A stretch of 64,000 bases of DNA from a virus, in IMG/VR virus record IMGVR_UViG_3300021197_001481, positions 1-64,000 of that record. The stretch is one strand, 5' to 3'. The notes under the pieces are model-generated. The model made no database searches and was not told the origin of the DNA. It saw only the letters and a program-made list of their open reading frames with translations. Both the position numbers and the translations under genes were made by a program. This document shows, piece after piece, positions 56,419 to 64,000 of this stretch. Within the stretch, counting starts at the first letter, position 1; every line of letters starts with the position of its first letter.

Positions 56419-56921
56419 TGTCATTTTATGATAATGATGAATTTGATTTTATCCAAATACTTGAGGATAATTTTTCTACTATAAAAGAAGAATTTCAAAA
56501 CATCCCCAGTGATGAATTTAAAGAGTGGCACGAACATTCTCTCTACTCCGGTAATCAATGGAGTGTTTTTGGATTTTTATTTGAAGAACAATGGATGAAT
56601 AGGGCATGGTGTCCAAATACATTCGATATTCTTAAAGGAATAAAAAACATAACAATCGCTGGGTTTTCAAACCTAGACCCCGGAACACATATTCGCCCAC
56701 ACACAGGTTACACCACTGAAGTTTTACGTTGTCATATGGGAATTATTGTTCCGGAGGGGGATTGCTGTCTACAAGTTAAAAATGAAACAAAAAAATGGGA
56801 AGAAGGAAAGTGTTTTGTTTTTGATGATACAGTAGAACACTCTGCTTGGAATAATACCGAGAGTAATAGAGTGGTTTTACTCATAGATTTCTTGAGACCA
56901 GAAAAGTTTCCAAAATGGTAA
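56418..56921 (+). CDS. Aspartyl/asparaginyl beta-hydroxylase family 2OG-Fe(II) oxygenase (AspH/LpxO-like)
   Basis: CPNT, AGFS.L.PGTHIRPH.G, LRCHMG, WEEGKCFVFDDT.EHSAWN, RVVLLID. Confidence 0.9.
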   Translation: MSFYDNDEFDFIQILEDNFSTIKEEFQNIPSDEFKEWHEHSLYSGNQWSVFGFLFEEQWMNRAWCPNTFDILKGIKNITIAGFSNLDPGTHIRPHTGYTTEVLRCHMGIIVPEGDCCLQVKNETKKWEEGKCFVFDDTVEHSAWNNTESNRVVLLIDFLRPEKFPKW

Positions 56922-57235
56922 TTAAAGGAAAAGTTGTTAAGGGTAAGGGGTTAGCGAGAACTCTCGGATTCCCCACTGTCAACATAACAAATGATTTAAA
57001 CGTCCAGTCAAATGTATATTTTATAAACCACAAAGTTCATGGCATAGGATCTGCAATTGTTATGAAAGATTATTGTGAAATTCATTTCATAGAATCACCC
57101 TCGAATATTGAATCATACATTGAATGTGATGTTGATAGAGTATTGTTTGATGAGGATGACCCTCCAAGGGAAGGATTACTTTCTAGAGTATTATTTGATG
57201 GGATTATGAATGAGCGAAAACGCCAAACACTATAA
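56915..57235 (+). CDS. Standalone riboflavin kinase-like protein
   Basis: GKVVKGKGLARTLGFPTVN matches RibF kinase motif G.VV.G...GR.LGFPTAN; EIHF matches E(V)H. Confidence 0.6.
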   Translation: MVIKGKVVKGKGLARTLGFPTVNITNDLNVQSNVYFINHKVHGIGSAIVMKDYCEIHFIESPSNIESYIECDVDRVLFDEDDPPREGLLSRVLFDGIMNERKRQTL

Positions 57236-57638
57236 GTGGACAGAATCAGTTAAGAACGATAGAGTTTATCACGAAGCAGATATGGGTGAGGGTAAAACTT
57301 TATTGATTACATACTCCAAAAAAGAAGGAGGTAACAGTCATATGTCCTTTGATATCAATGGGGATAAAAATTTCATGTCTGGTCTTAATAATTTCTATAT
57401 GCTGTACGAAACACTATTCCAGTCATATTTTTCTTATCTTAAAAAATATCAACCAACAAAAACGGAGATGTATTTAGATCTCCGTAGTGAATTTGGTAGA
57501 AAAGCAGCACCAATCTACGAACGTCTTCTGAAAAGAAAATGGAACCAAAAGGCAGAGGAGATAGGATACACATTTGTTGGTGTTGAAATAGATGACGTAG
57601 ATGATATGACTTTTACATGGATAAAAGATAATCCCTAA
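57210..57638 (+). CDS. Hypothetical protein
   Basis: 142-aa ORF filling the gap before uvsW. Confidence 0.6.
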   Translation: MSENAKHYKWTESVKNDRVYHEADMGEGKTLLITYSKKEGGNSHMSFDINGDKNFMSGLNNFYMLYETLFQSYFSYLKKYQPTKTEMYLDLRSEFGRKAAPIYERLLKRKWNQKAEEIGYTFVGVEIDDVDDMTFTWIKDNP

Positions 57639-57646
57639 ATAAAGGG

Positions 57647-59155
57647 ATGAGTGACCTTTTAATAGAGAATGTTGATACGGTAAATGTTAGGGTTCGCTGT
57701 GAACGTAGTATCGCAAAAGAACTCTCTGATTACTTTACATTCAAAGTCCCCGGTCACGCCTATATGCCTGCGTACAGAAAACGCATATGGGATGGACAAA
57801 TCAAACTCTACAACATGTTCTCTCAACAGATCTACGCAGGTCTTGAGAAGTATGTCCATCGCTTTGCAACTGAGCGTGGATACAAAGTAGAAGCAGAACC
57901 AAGAAAATCGCATTCATTCACCACAGACAGTGTTCGATCCTATATGGAAGATCATTTAACACTGTCTATTGGTGACAAACCTATCCAACCCCATGAACAT
58001 CAGGTGAACGCCGTCACGCACGCTCTGAGGGACGACAGGGCGTTGCTAGTGTCTCCCACTGGTTCGGGTAAGAGTCTAATCATTTACGCTCTTATGCGTT
58101 ACCATTTGGATAAAATAGAAAATAACAGAAAGATCTTGATCATCGTTCCGACCACAAGTCTGGTTTCGCAGTTGTACTCCGACTTCTCGGACTACTCCAA
58201 GATCTCATCGTGGCATGTGGATCAGAATTGTCACAAAGTTATGGCGGGTGTTCCTAAAGATGATATCAAACGAAGGGTAATTATCTCAACATGGCAGAGT
58301 ATCCATAAACAACCAAAGGAATACTTCGATAAGTTTGCAGCAGTATTTGGTGATGAGTGTCACCTCTTCAAAGCAAAGTCTTTGACTGGTATAATGACTA
58401 AACTAGAGGACTGTCCAGTCCGTATAGGAACTACTGGTACGTTGGATGGTTCTCTCACACATAAACTGGTAATTGAAGGGTTATTTGGTCCTGTACATCA
58501 GGTCACAAAAACAAAAACGCTGATGGAAAGAAAACTCTTGTCAGAGTTGAAGATAGATGGTATACTGTTAAGACATAGCGAAAGAGTTCGCAATGAGATG
58601 AAGCGAAGCACATATCAAGATGAAATTGACTTCATCGTGCAGAACCAAGAACGGAACAAGTTTATCTGTGATCTTTCCTCGAACCTAAAGGGTAATACTC
58701 TCGTATTATTTCAGTTTGTTGAGAAGCATGGTAAACAACTGTACGAAATGATGGAAGCAAAGAATCCAGATAAGAGAGTCTTCTTTATACACGGCAAAGT
58801 AGAAGCAGATCTACGAGAAGAAGTCAGACGTATTGCCGAAAAAGTAGAGGATGCTATCATTATAGCATCATATGGTACATTTAGTACCGGTGTGTCCATC
58901 AAAAGACTACATAATATTGTGTTCGCTTCACCATCGAAGAGTAGAATTCGTGTGTTGCAGAGCATCGGTCGTCAGTTAAGAAAGTCGGAGCATAAAGATG
59001 TCGCAAAACTCTATGACCTTGCAGATGACCTATCTTGGAAAAAACACAAGAATCACACCCTTCGCCACTTTGAAGATCGACTTAAGATCTACGAAGGCGA
59101 GGGTTTTGAACACAAAATAATCAGAATCAATCTGAAGGAGGATTCACATGTCTAA
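57647..59155 (+). CDS. uvsW: DNA helicase UvsW
   Basis: WDGQIKL, SPTGSGKS, GDECH, GTTGTLDG, ASYGTFSTGV, LQSIGR.LR. Confidence 0.96.
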   Translation: MSDLLIENVDTVNVRVRCERSIAKELSDYFTFKVPGHAYMPAYRKRIWDGQIKLYNMFSQQIYAGLEKYVHRFATERGYKVEAEPRKSHSFTTDSVRSYMEDHLTLSIGDKPIQPHEHQVNAVTHALRDDRALLVSPTGSGKSLIIYALMRYHLDKIENNRKILIIVPTTSLVSQLYSDFSDYSKISSWHVDQNCHKVMAGVPKDDIKRRVIISTWQSIHKQPKEYFDKFAAVFGDECHLFKAKSLTGIMTKLEDCPVRIGTTGTLDGSLTHKLVIEGLFGPVHQVTKTKTLMERKLLSELKIDGILLRHSERVRNEMKRSTYQDEIDFIVQNQERNKFICDLSSNLKGNTLVLFQFVEKHGKQLYEMMEAKNPDKRVFFIHGKVEADLREEVRRIAEKVEDAIIIASYGTFSTGVSIKRLHNIVFASPSKSRIRVLQSIGRQLRKSEHKDVAKLYDLADDLSWKKHKNHTLRHFEDRLKIYEGEGFEHKIIRINLKEDSHV

Positions 59156-59717
59156 TAATTACAAAGTCCTTAAGTTACGAAGTGGCGATAGTATTGTCGC
59201 AGAAATTATTGAGAACTCAAAATCTCATATTCGTGTTAGTAGACCAATGGAAATTAAGTATATGCATTTTATTGATGCAATTGGTCGTAAACATGAAACC
59301 CTGATCCTTGTAGATTGGTTAAAATCAACAACAGTAAATACAGTTAAATTAGAAAAAAACTTCACTCTCGGAATATTTACTCCGAGTCCTGATGTTATTG
59401 AATCATATAATCAACAAAAAGAATTAGAGGATCATGGTGGGAAGATTCCATCAAGAAAATCTTTTGGTTTATTTAATAAACAAAACCAAGAAGGATTAGA
59501 AAGTTTAATAAACAAAATGGAAGAAGAGTTTAAAAACATAGACATGGATCGATTAGAAGAAATGATTCAGGATCAAGTTGATGAGGGTGCAGAGGAGTTA
59601 ATAGAAGAGATTATGAATAATAATCAACAAGAGAGAATGATTGATGAGACATCTGATCCTAACTTCGGTACTAGTTATTGTGACTGGTCACCAAACATAG
59701 AAGATTATCTTTCTTAA
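59148..59717 (+). CDS. Hypothetical protein (Sm-like fold, typical between uvsW and gp55)
   Basis: KVLKLRSGDSIVAE..V.RPM..DW pattern; synteny. Confidence 0.65.
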   Translation: MSNNYKVLKLRSGDSIVAEIIENSKSHIRVSRPMEIKYMHFIDAIGRKHETLILVDWLKSTTVNTVKLEKNFTLGIFTPSPDVIESYNQQKELEDHGGKIPSRKSFGLFNKQNQEGLESLINKMEEEFKNIDMDRLEEMIQDQVDEGAEELIEEIMNNNQQERMIDETSDPNFGTSYCDWSPNIEDYLS

Positions 59718-59721
59718 TTAC

Positions 59722-59750
59722 TTTACAAACACTAATGTGTATGGTATACT
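59722..59750 (+). promoter_or_regulatory. Sigma70-type promoter for gp55 operon
   Basis: TTTACA-17bp-TATACT with TG extension. Confidence 0.7.
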
Positions 59751-59773
59751 TACAGTAAATAAGGTGTAACCCG

Positions 59774-60328
59774 ATGAGCGATAAAGATAGTCACTATGTT
59801 GATAACCAAAAATTCCTAGAAGCAATGACCGAGTGGAAAGAGCAGATTAAAGTTGCTGAAGAAACCGGTGAAGGTAAACCACCTGTGTCTGAATACATTG
59901 GTGAGTGTTTTCTTTTGATTGCTGAAAGATTATCAATGCGAGCAAATTTTATTAACTACCCATTCCGTGAGGAAATGGTAGGAGATGCAATTGAAAACTG
60001 TCTTATGTATGCAAGCAATTTTGATCCTGCAAAATCAAAGAATCCGTTTTCGTATTTTACTCAAATCATCTATTATGCCTTTCTTCGACGGATCCAAAAA
60101 GAGAAAAAGCAAAGTTATATTAAATATAGAATTATTGAGTCTGCCGATCATATGGGAGACATTGCTAGAATTCTTGATCCAGAAAAAACTACAGGTAATC
60201 CATACGCAGAATTTTTCAAACTGACAACAAAGGACATAGACAACTTTACTCCTAAAAAGAAGAAGAAGAAGTCCTCTACCAAAAAGAAAAAGACTGATGG
60301 AGATGATAAATGCGAATCGCTATTTTAA
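59774..60328 (+). CDS. gp55: Late-transcription sigma factor gp55
   Basis: HYVDN..FL, YIGECFL.IAE.LS...NF.NY, DAIENC, NFDP.KS.NPFSYFTQI.YYAFLRRI.KEKKQ. Confidence 0.96.
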   Translation: MSDKDSHYVDNQKFLEAMTEWKEQIKVAEETGEGKPPVSEYIGECFLLIAERLSMRANFINYPFREEMVGDAIENCLMYASNFDPAKSKNPFSYFTQIIYYAFLRRIQKEKKQSYIKYRIIESADHMGDIARILDPEKTTGNPYAEFFKLTTKDIDNFTPKKKKKKSSTKKKKTDGDDKCESLF

Positions 60329-61359
60329 CTGATACCCACTTTGGTGCGAGAAATGACTCGCAGCAATTCTTAGATTATTTTCTTGGTTTCATTGAGAACC
60401 AGTTTCTACCAGAGTGTGAGAAACAAAACATAGACACCGTGTTGCACTTGGGAGATCTTATGGATCGCCGCAAGTTTGTCAATTTCAATACACTTAATCA
60501 AGTTCGTGAGAGGTTCATCGAGAAACTCGAAGAACGAAATATTAAGATGTATTGTCTTATCGGTAACCACGACACCTATTATAAAAATACAAACGAGGTC
60601 AATTCATTAACAGAATTGTTTGGTAAGAGATACGAATGTTTTATTCCTATTGATCAACCCACAGACATCTGCCTCGGCGGAAAAATGTTTGGTATGGTTC
60701 CGTGGATAAACAAAGAGAATAAAGAACAGTGTGACCATTTCTTAAAAAATAGTAAAGCAGATATCGTGTGTGGTCACTTTGAACTATCTGGTTATGAAGT
60801 TCTTCGGGGTGTTAAGTTTGATGGTGGTATGAGTGATAATCTTCTTCGTCGGTTTGACGAAGTGTGGTCTGGTCACTTTCACATGAGGCACAGTAAAAAT
60901 AATGTTCGATATCTAGGAACACCCTATCAGATCACATTCTCGGATCTCCACGAACAAAAAGGATTTTATGTCTATGACACAGAGTCTGGAGACTTAGACC
61001 ACATTGAGAACGATGAGAGAATGTTCCTACATATTGATTACACAGATGAAACTAATATTGATGACTTGTCTGAATATGAAAACAAGTATTTGAAATTGTT
61101 TGTGCGTGAAAGAAAAAGTCAAAGTAAATTTGATACCTTTGTTGATAACCTTTATGATGCAAAAGTAGGTAGTCTGACTATCATCGAGAATGATGATTCC
61201 TCTGTTATAGAAGATACAGAAGTAGCAGACATGTCACTGGACACGTTGTCCTTGATTTACAAAGAAGCAGAAGATTTCTATGAAACTATAGAAGGAATTA
61301 ATGTTTCTAGATTAAAGAGACTCATAGAAGAAATTTACATGGAGGCATTATCCCAATGA
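60310..61359 (+). CDS. gp47: Recombination endonuclease subunit gp47 (Mre11-like)
   Basis: TDTHFGAR, HLGDLMDRRK, GNHD, GHFE, SGHFH. Confidence 0.95.
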   Translation: MRIAILTDTHFGARNDSQQFLDYFLGFIENQFLPECEKQNIDTVLHLGDLMDRRKFVNFNTLNQVRERFIEKLEERNIKMYCLIGNHDTYYKNTNEVNSLTELFGKRYECFIPIDQPTDICLGGKMFGMVPWINKENKEQCDHFLKNSKADIVCGHFELSGYEVLRGVKFDGGMSDNLLRRFDEVWSGHFHMRHSKNNVRYLGTPYQITFSDLHEQKGFYVYDTESGDLDHIENDERMFLHIDYTDETNIDDLSEYENKYLKLFVRERKSQSKFDTFVDNLYDAKVGSLTIIENDDSSVIEDTEVADMSLDTLSLIYKEAEDFYETIEGINVSRLKRLIEEIYMEALSQ

Positions 61360-61607
61360 GCGAATCAGAAGGTTTAGGAGACACAGTAGAAAAAATTATC
61401 ACCACTGTTGGTAATGTTACCAAGATAGAATGGATCAGGAAAAAGAAGGGGTGTGATGGTTGCCGTAAACGAAAAGAGGCACTTAATAATGCATTCCCAT
61501 ATAAGAAATCAGAAACTACGTCAAAATCAGAAGAAGAACCCTGTACCGATTGTGAAAAAAAGAAAAAGAAAAAGGGTGGATGTAGTTCCTGTGGAAAGAA
61601 TAAATGA
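61356..61607 (+). CDS. Small Cys/Lys-rich hypothetical protein
   Basis: SEGLGDTVEKI..GCDGCRKRKEALN..FPY plus CTDC and CSSC; ATGA overlaps on both sides. Confidence 0.7.
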   Translation: MSESEGLGDTVEKIITTVGNVTKIEWIRKKKGCDGCRKRKEALNNAFPYKKSETTSKSEEEPCTDCEKKKKKKGGCSSCGKNK

Positions 61608-63328
61608 TTAGATTTCATAATGTGCAGTTCAAAAATTTTGGTTCGTTCGGAAACACTCCTACCGAAATTAATTTAAATAGACACAGATCAACTCTAGTGT
61701 CTGGTATGAATGGTCACGGAAAGTCTTTCGCTCTCCTTGATTCTATTACGTTTGCCCTGTTCGGGAAACCATTCCGTAAGATTAATATTCCTCAACTGGT
61801 AAACTCTATTAATGAAAAAGACTGTTGTGTTGAAGTTACATTTTCTGTTGGGGAAGATGAGTATCAAGTTATTCGACAACTTAAACCAAAGAAGTTTGAG
61901 ATTATTAAGAACGGAAACTTGATTGATCAAAACGCAAAGGCAAAAGATTATCAACGAATGCTTGAGGAGAATATTCTCAAGATGAACTACAAGTCTTTTA
62001 CTCAGGTGGTTATTCTCGGCAGTTCGTCGTTCGTTCCGTTTATGCAATTGACTGCTGCCGACCGACGAGAAGTTATCGAGGATGTTTTGGACATCCAAGT
62101 TTTCTCCGACATGAATACTGTATTAAAGACCAGAGTCTCTCTTAAGAAAGAGGAGATTAAGGATCTAGACAATAAAGCAGAACTCTTAAAGTCTAAGATC
62201 GAGATTGTTGAAAATCATATTGCTTCTGTTAAAGAAGCAGATGACTCTAAAATTTCTCTTTTAGAAGAAGAACTAGAAGTAACCGATGCACTGGTAGATT
62301 CAAATGAATCAGTGGTCAGTGGTCTTCTGGATGAACAAAAAGAATTGATTGACAAGACAGGTGATATTGATTCTGTTAAGTCGTCGTTGTCTAAGTTTGA
62401 GAATATGAAAACTATTATTAAGAAGACACATGACAATAACATCAAGAAGATAACTGATATGCAAGACATGGAACAGTGTCCGACCTGTACACAGGGTGTT
62501 CCTGATTCTGTTAAATCTAAACTTATTGGAAAGTTTGAGGCAAAGCGTGATGAATTTGTTGCTGGTCTAGAAGACATCACTGAAAAAATTAAAAACAAGA
62601 ACGAAATGTTGGATGACTTAAAAAATCTTTCGACCCGAGCGAAGGAAGTTCATGAGCAAATTGTTCAACGACGAAGCGACATTGACTCAAGCAAAAAGTA
62701 TTCAAAGAAACTTACAAAAGAAATACAGGATATCCAAAGTAAGTCTGCACAATCGGACAACACCGAAAATGCCACGGTATTGAAGAAGTATAAAAAGGAT
62801 ATGGACAGCGTTGGTGAGGAAAAGAACAAATTTAAAGAGGATGCTTTGCTCCTTGGTTGTCTTGGTAATCTACTGAAGGATACTGGAATCAAGTCTAAGA
62901 TCATCCGTCACTACCTCCCAATCATGAACAAACTTATTAATAAGTTTCTAACTGACATGGGATTTTTCGCCCAGTTCTCTCTTGATGAAAACTTTAATGA
63001 AACAATCAAGAGTAGACACCGAGATCAATTTAGTTACATGTCTTTCTCTGAAGGAGAAAAGATGAGAATCGATCTTGCTCTACTCCTAGCATGGAGAGAG
63101 ATCGCTCGACTTAAGAATAGTGCAAATACTAATCTATTAATTCTAGACGAAGTGTTTGATTCTTCCTTGGACTCAGTGGGGACAGAGGAGTTCATGAAGT
63201 TGATGAGCGTTCTCAGTGCGAATACGCATGTGTTTGTGATCAGTCATAAGTCTGATCAACTCGTAGATAAATTTGATAATCAGATTACCTTCGTGAAGAC
63301 TGGTAACTTTAGTAAACTAACTGGATAA
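61604..63328 (+). CDS. gp46: Recombination ATPase subunit gp46 (Rad50-like)
   Basis: GMNGHGKS Walker A, CPTC zinc hook, SFSEGEKMRIDLAL, LILDEVFD, ISH. Confidence 0.96.
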   Translation: MIRFHNVQFKNFGSFGNTPTEINLNRHRSTLVSGMNGHGKSFALLDSITFALFGKPFRKINIPQLVNSINEKDCCVEVTFSVGEDEYQVIRQLKPKKFEIIKNGNLIDQNAKAKDYQRMLEENILKMNYKSFTQVVILGSSSFVPFMQLTAADRREVIEDVLDIQVFSDMNTVLKTRVSLKKEEIKDLDNKAELLKSKIEIVENHIASVKEADDSKISLLEEELEVTDALVDSNESVVSGLLDEQKELIDKTGDIDSVKSSLSKFENMKTIIKKTHDNNIKKITDMQDMEQCPTCTQGVPDSVKSKLIGKFEAKRDEFVAGLEDITEKIKNKNEMLDDLKNLSTRAKEVHEQIVQRRSDIDSSKKYSKKLTKEIQDIQSKSAQSDNTENATVLKKYKKDMDSVGEEKNKFKEDALLLGCLGNLLKDTGIKSKIIRHYLPIMNKLINKFLTDMGFFAQFSLDENFNETIKSRHRDQFSYMSFSEGEKMRIDLALLLAWREIARLKNSANTNLLILDEVFDSSLDSVGTEEFMKLMSVLSANTHVFVISHKSDQLVDKFDNQITFVKTGNFSKLTG

Positions 63329-64000
63329 TGCAAGAAGGTCAAAGATCAAAATCGTTGCTCCGCTACCCCGGCGGAAAGTCATACGCCATTAGTGCGTTGA
63401 TGCCATACTTCCCGACAGACATCACCGAAATGGTTTCTCCGTTCTTCGGGGGAGGTTCTCTTGAATGGGAGTGTGCATCCAGAGGTATCACCGTTCATGG
63501 TTATGATATCTTTGAACCACTAGTTAACTTCTGGCAACACGTTCTTAATCACAAAGAAAAACTATATGCTCGTATATTAGAGTTTCCTATTCCTCTTCCC
63601 AAGGAGGAATTTTATCGTATCCAAAAAGAATATGATAATCTAGAGAACCGATTAGAGAAGGCAGCACATTTTTATCTTTTAAACAGAACTAGTTTTTCTG
63701 GAACAACTTTCTCTGGAGGAATGTCTCCTTCACAGAAGAACTGGAATCCTAGATGTATAGAAAAGTTAAAGAAATTTTCACTAGGTGGACTTTTTGGATC
63801 ATCTGGTGACGTGACAGTCGGTTGCGAAGACTTTAGTGTTTCTATGGAAAAGCATAAAGATATCTTTGCCTACATGGATCCCCCGTATCTTTTAGATAAT
63901 TCTACTTTATATGGTGACCGAGGAAGCACTCATAAAGATTTTGATCATATGCAATTCTATAATAGTGTAAAAGATATGAATGCCAAGTGGGCGGTATCAT
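63328..64000 (+). CDS. Dam-family (D12 class) DNA adenine methyltransferase, 3'-truncated by window edge
   Basis: Hand translation MQEGQRSKSLLRYPGGKS...SPFFGGGSLE...LNRTSFSG...YMDPPY. Confidence 0.9.
   Translation, partial: MQEGQRSKSLLRYPGGKSYAISALMPYFPTDITEMVSPFFGGGSLEWECASRGITVHGYDIFEPLVNFWQHVLNHKEKLYARILEFPIPLPKEEFYRIQKEYDNLENRLEKAAHFYLLNRTSFSGTTFSGGMSPSQKNWNPRCIEKLKKFSLGGLFGSSGDVTVGCEDFSVSMEKHKDIFAYMDPPYLLDNSTLYGDRGSTHKDFDHMQFYNSVKDMNAKWAVS

Noticed and set aside
44592-63328. Introns or inteins in terminase, sheath, portal, capsid, UvsW or gp46
   Set aside because: All read as continuous ORFs with no intein or homing-endonuclease motifs; the extra length of gp18 is a G-x-T-rich insert
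1-64000. Stop-codon reassignment
   Set aside because: Conserved genes are full length under the standard code, and both TAA and TGA terminate them

Overview
This window is a contiguous segment of a T4-like myophage genome, of the environmental type that resembles cyanophages and pelagiphages in gene order. It holds nearly the whole virion morphogenesis module. On the minus strand: tape measure-like, gp51/gp26, a tube-like gene, gp2, gp4. On the plus strand: gp48, gp53, hub, gp5, PAAR, gp25, gp6, gp7, gp8, a VrlC-like protein, gp13-gp23 and gp3. It also carries gp33, gp32, uvsY, uvsW, gp55, gp47, gp46 and a truncated Dam-family methylase. The left ~10.6 kb is accessory. I saw no tRNA, CRISPR array, intron or intein. 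Most notable: (1) three proteins (a signal-peptide protein, a trypsin-like protease and baseplate gp7) carry paired Ca-binding dockerin-like motifs of the type common in Phycisphaerae/Planctomycetota surface proteins; (2) a likely programmed -1 frameshift fuses gp26 to gp51 directly upstream of the tape measure gene, like lambda G/GT; (3) RGCY and CCWGG are almost completely avoided; (4) virion proteins are enriched in G-x-T/S motifs; (5) late promoters follow a variant (A/C)TA(C/G/A)ATA consensus; (6) a 757-aa protein looks like a gp21-cleaved internal head polyprotein. All calls are by-eye motif and synteny recognition; no database searches were run.
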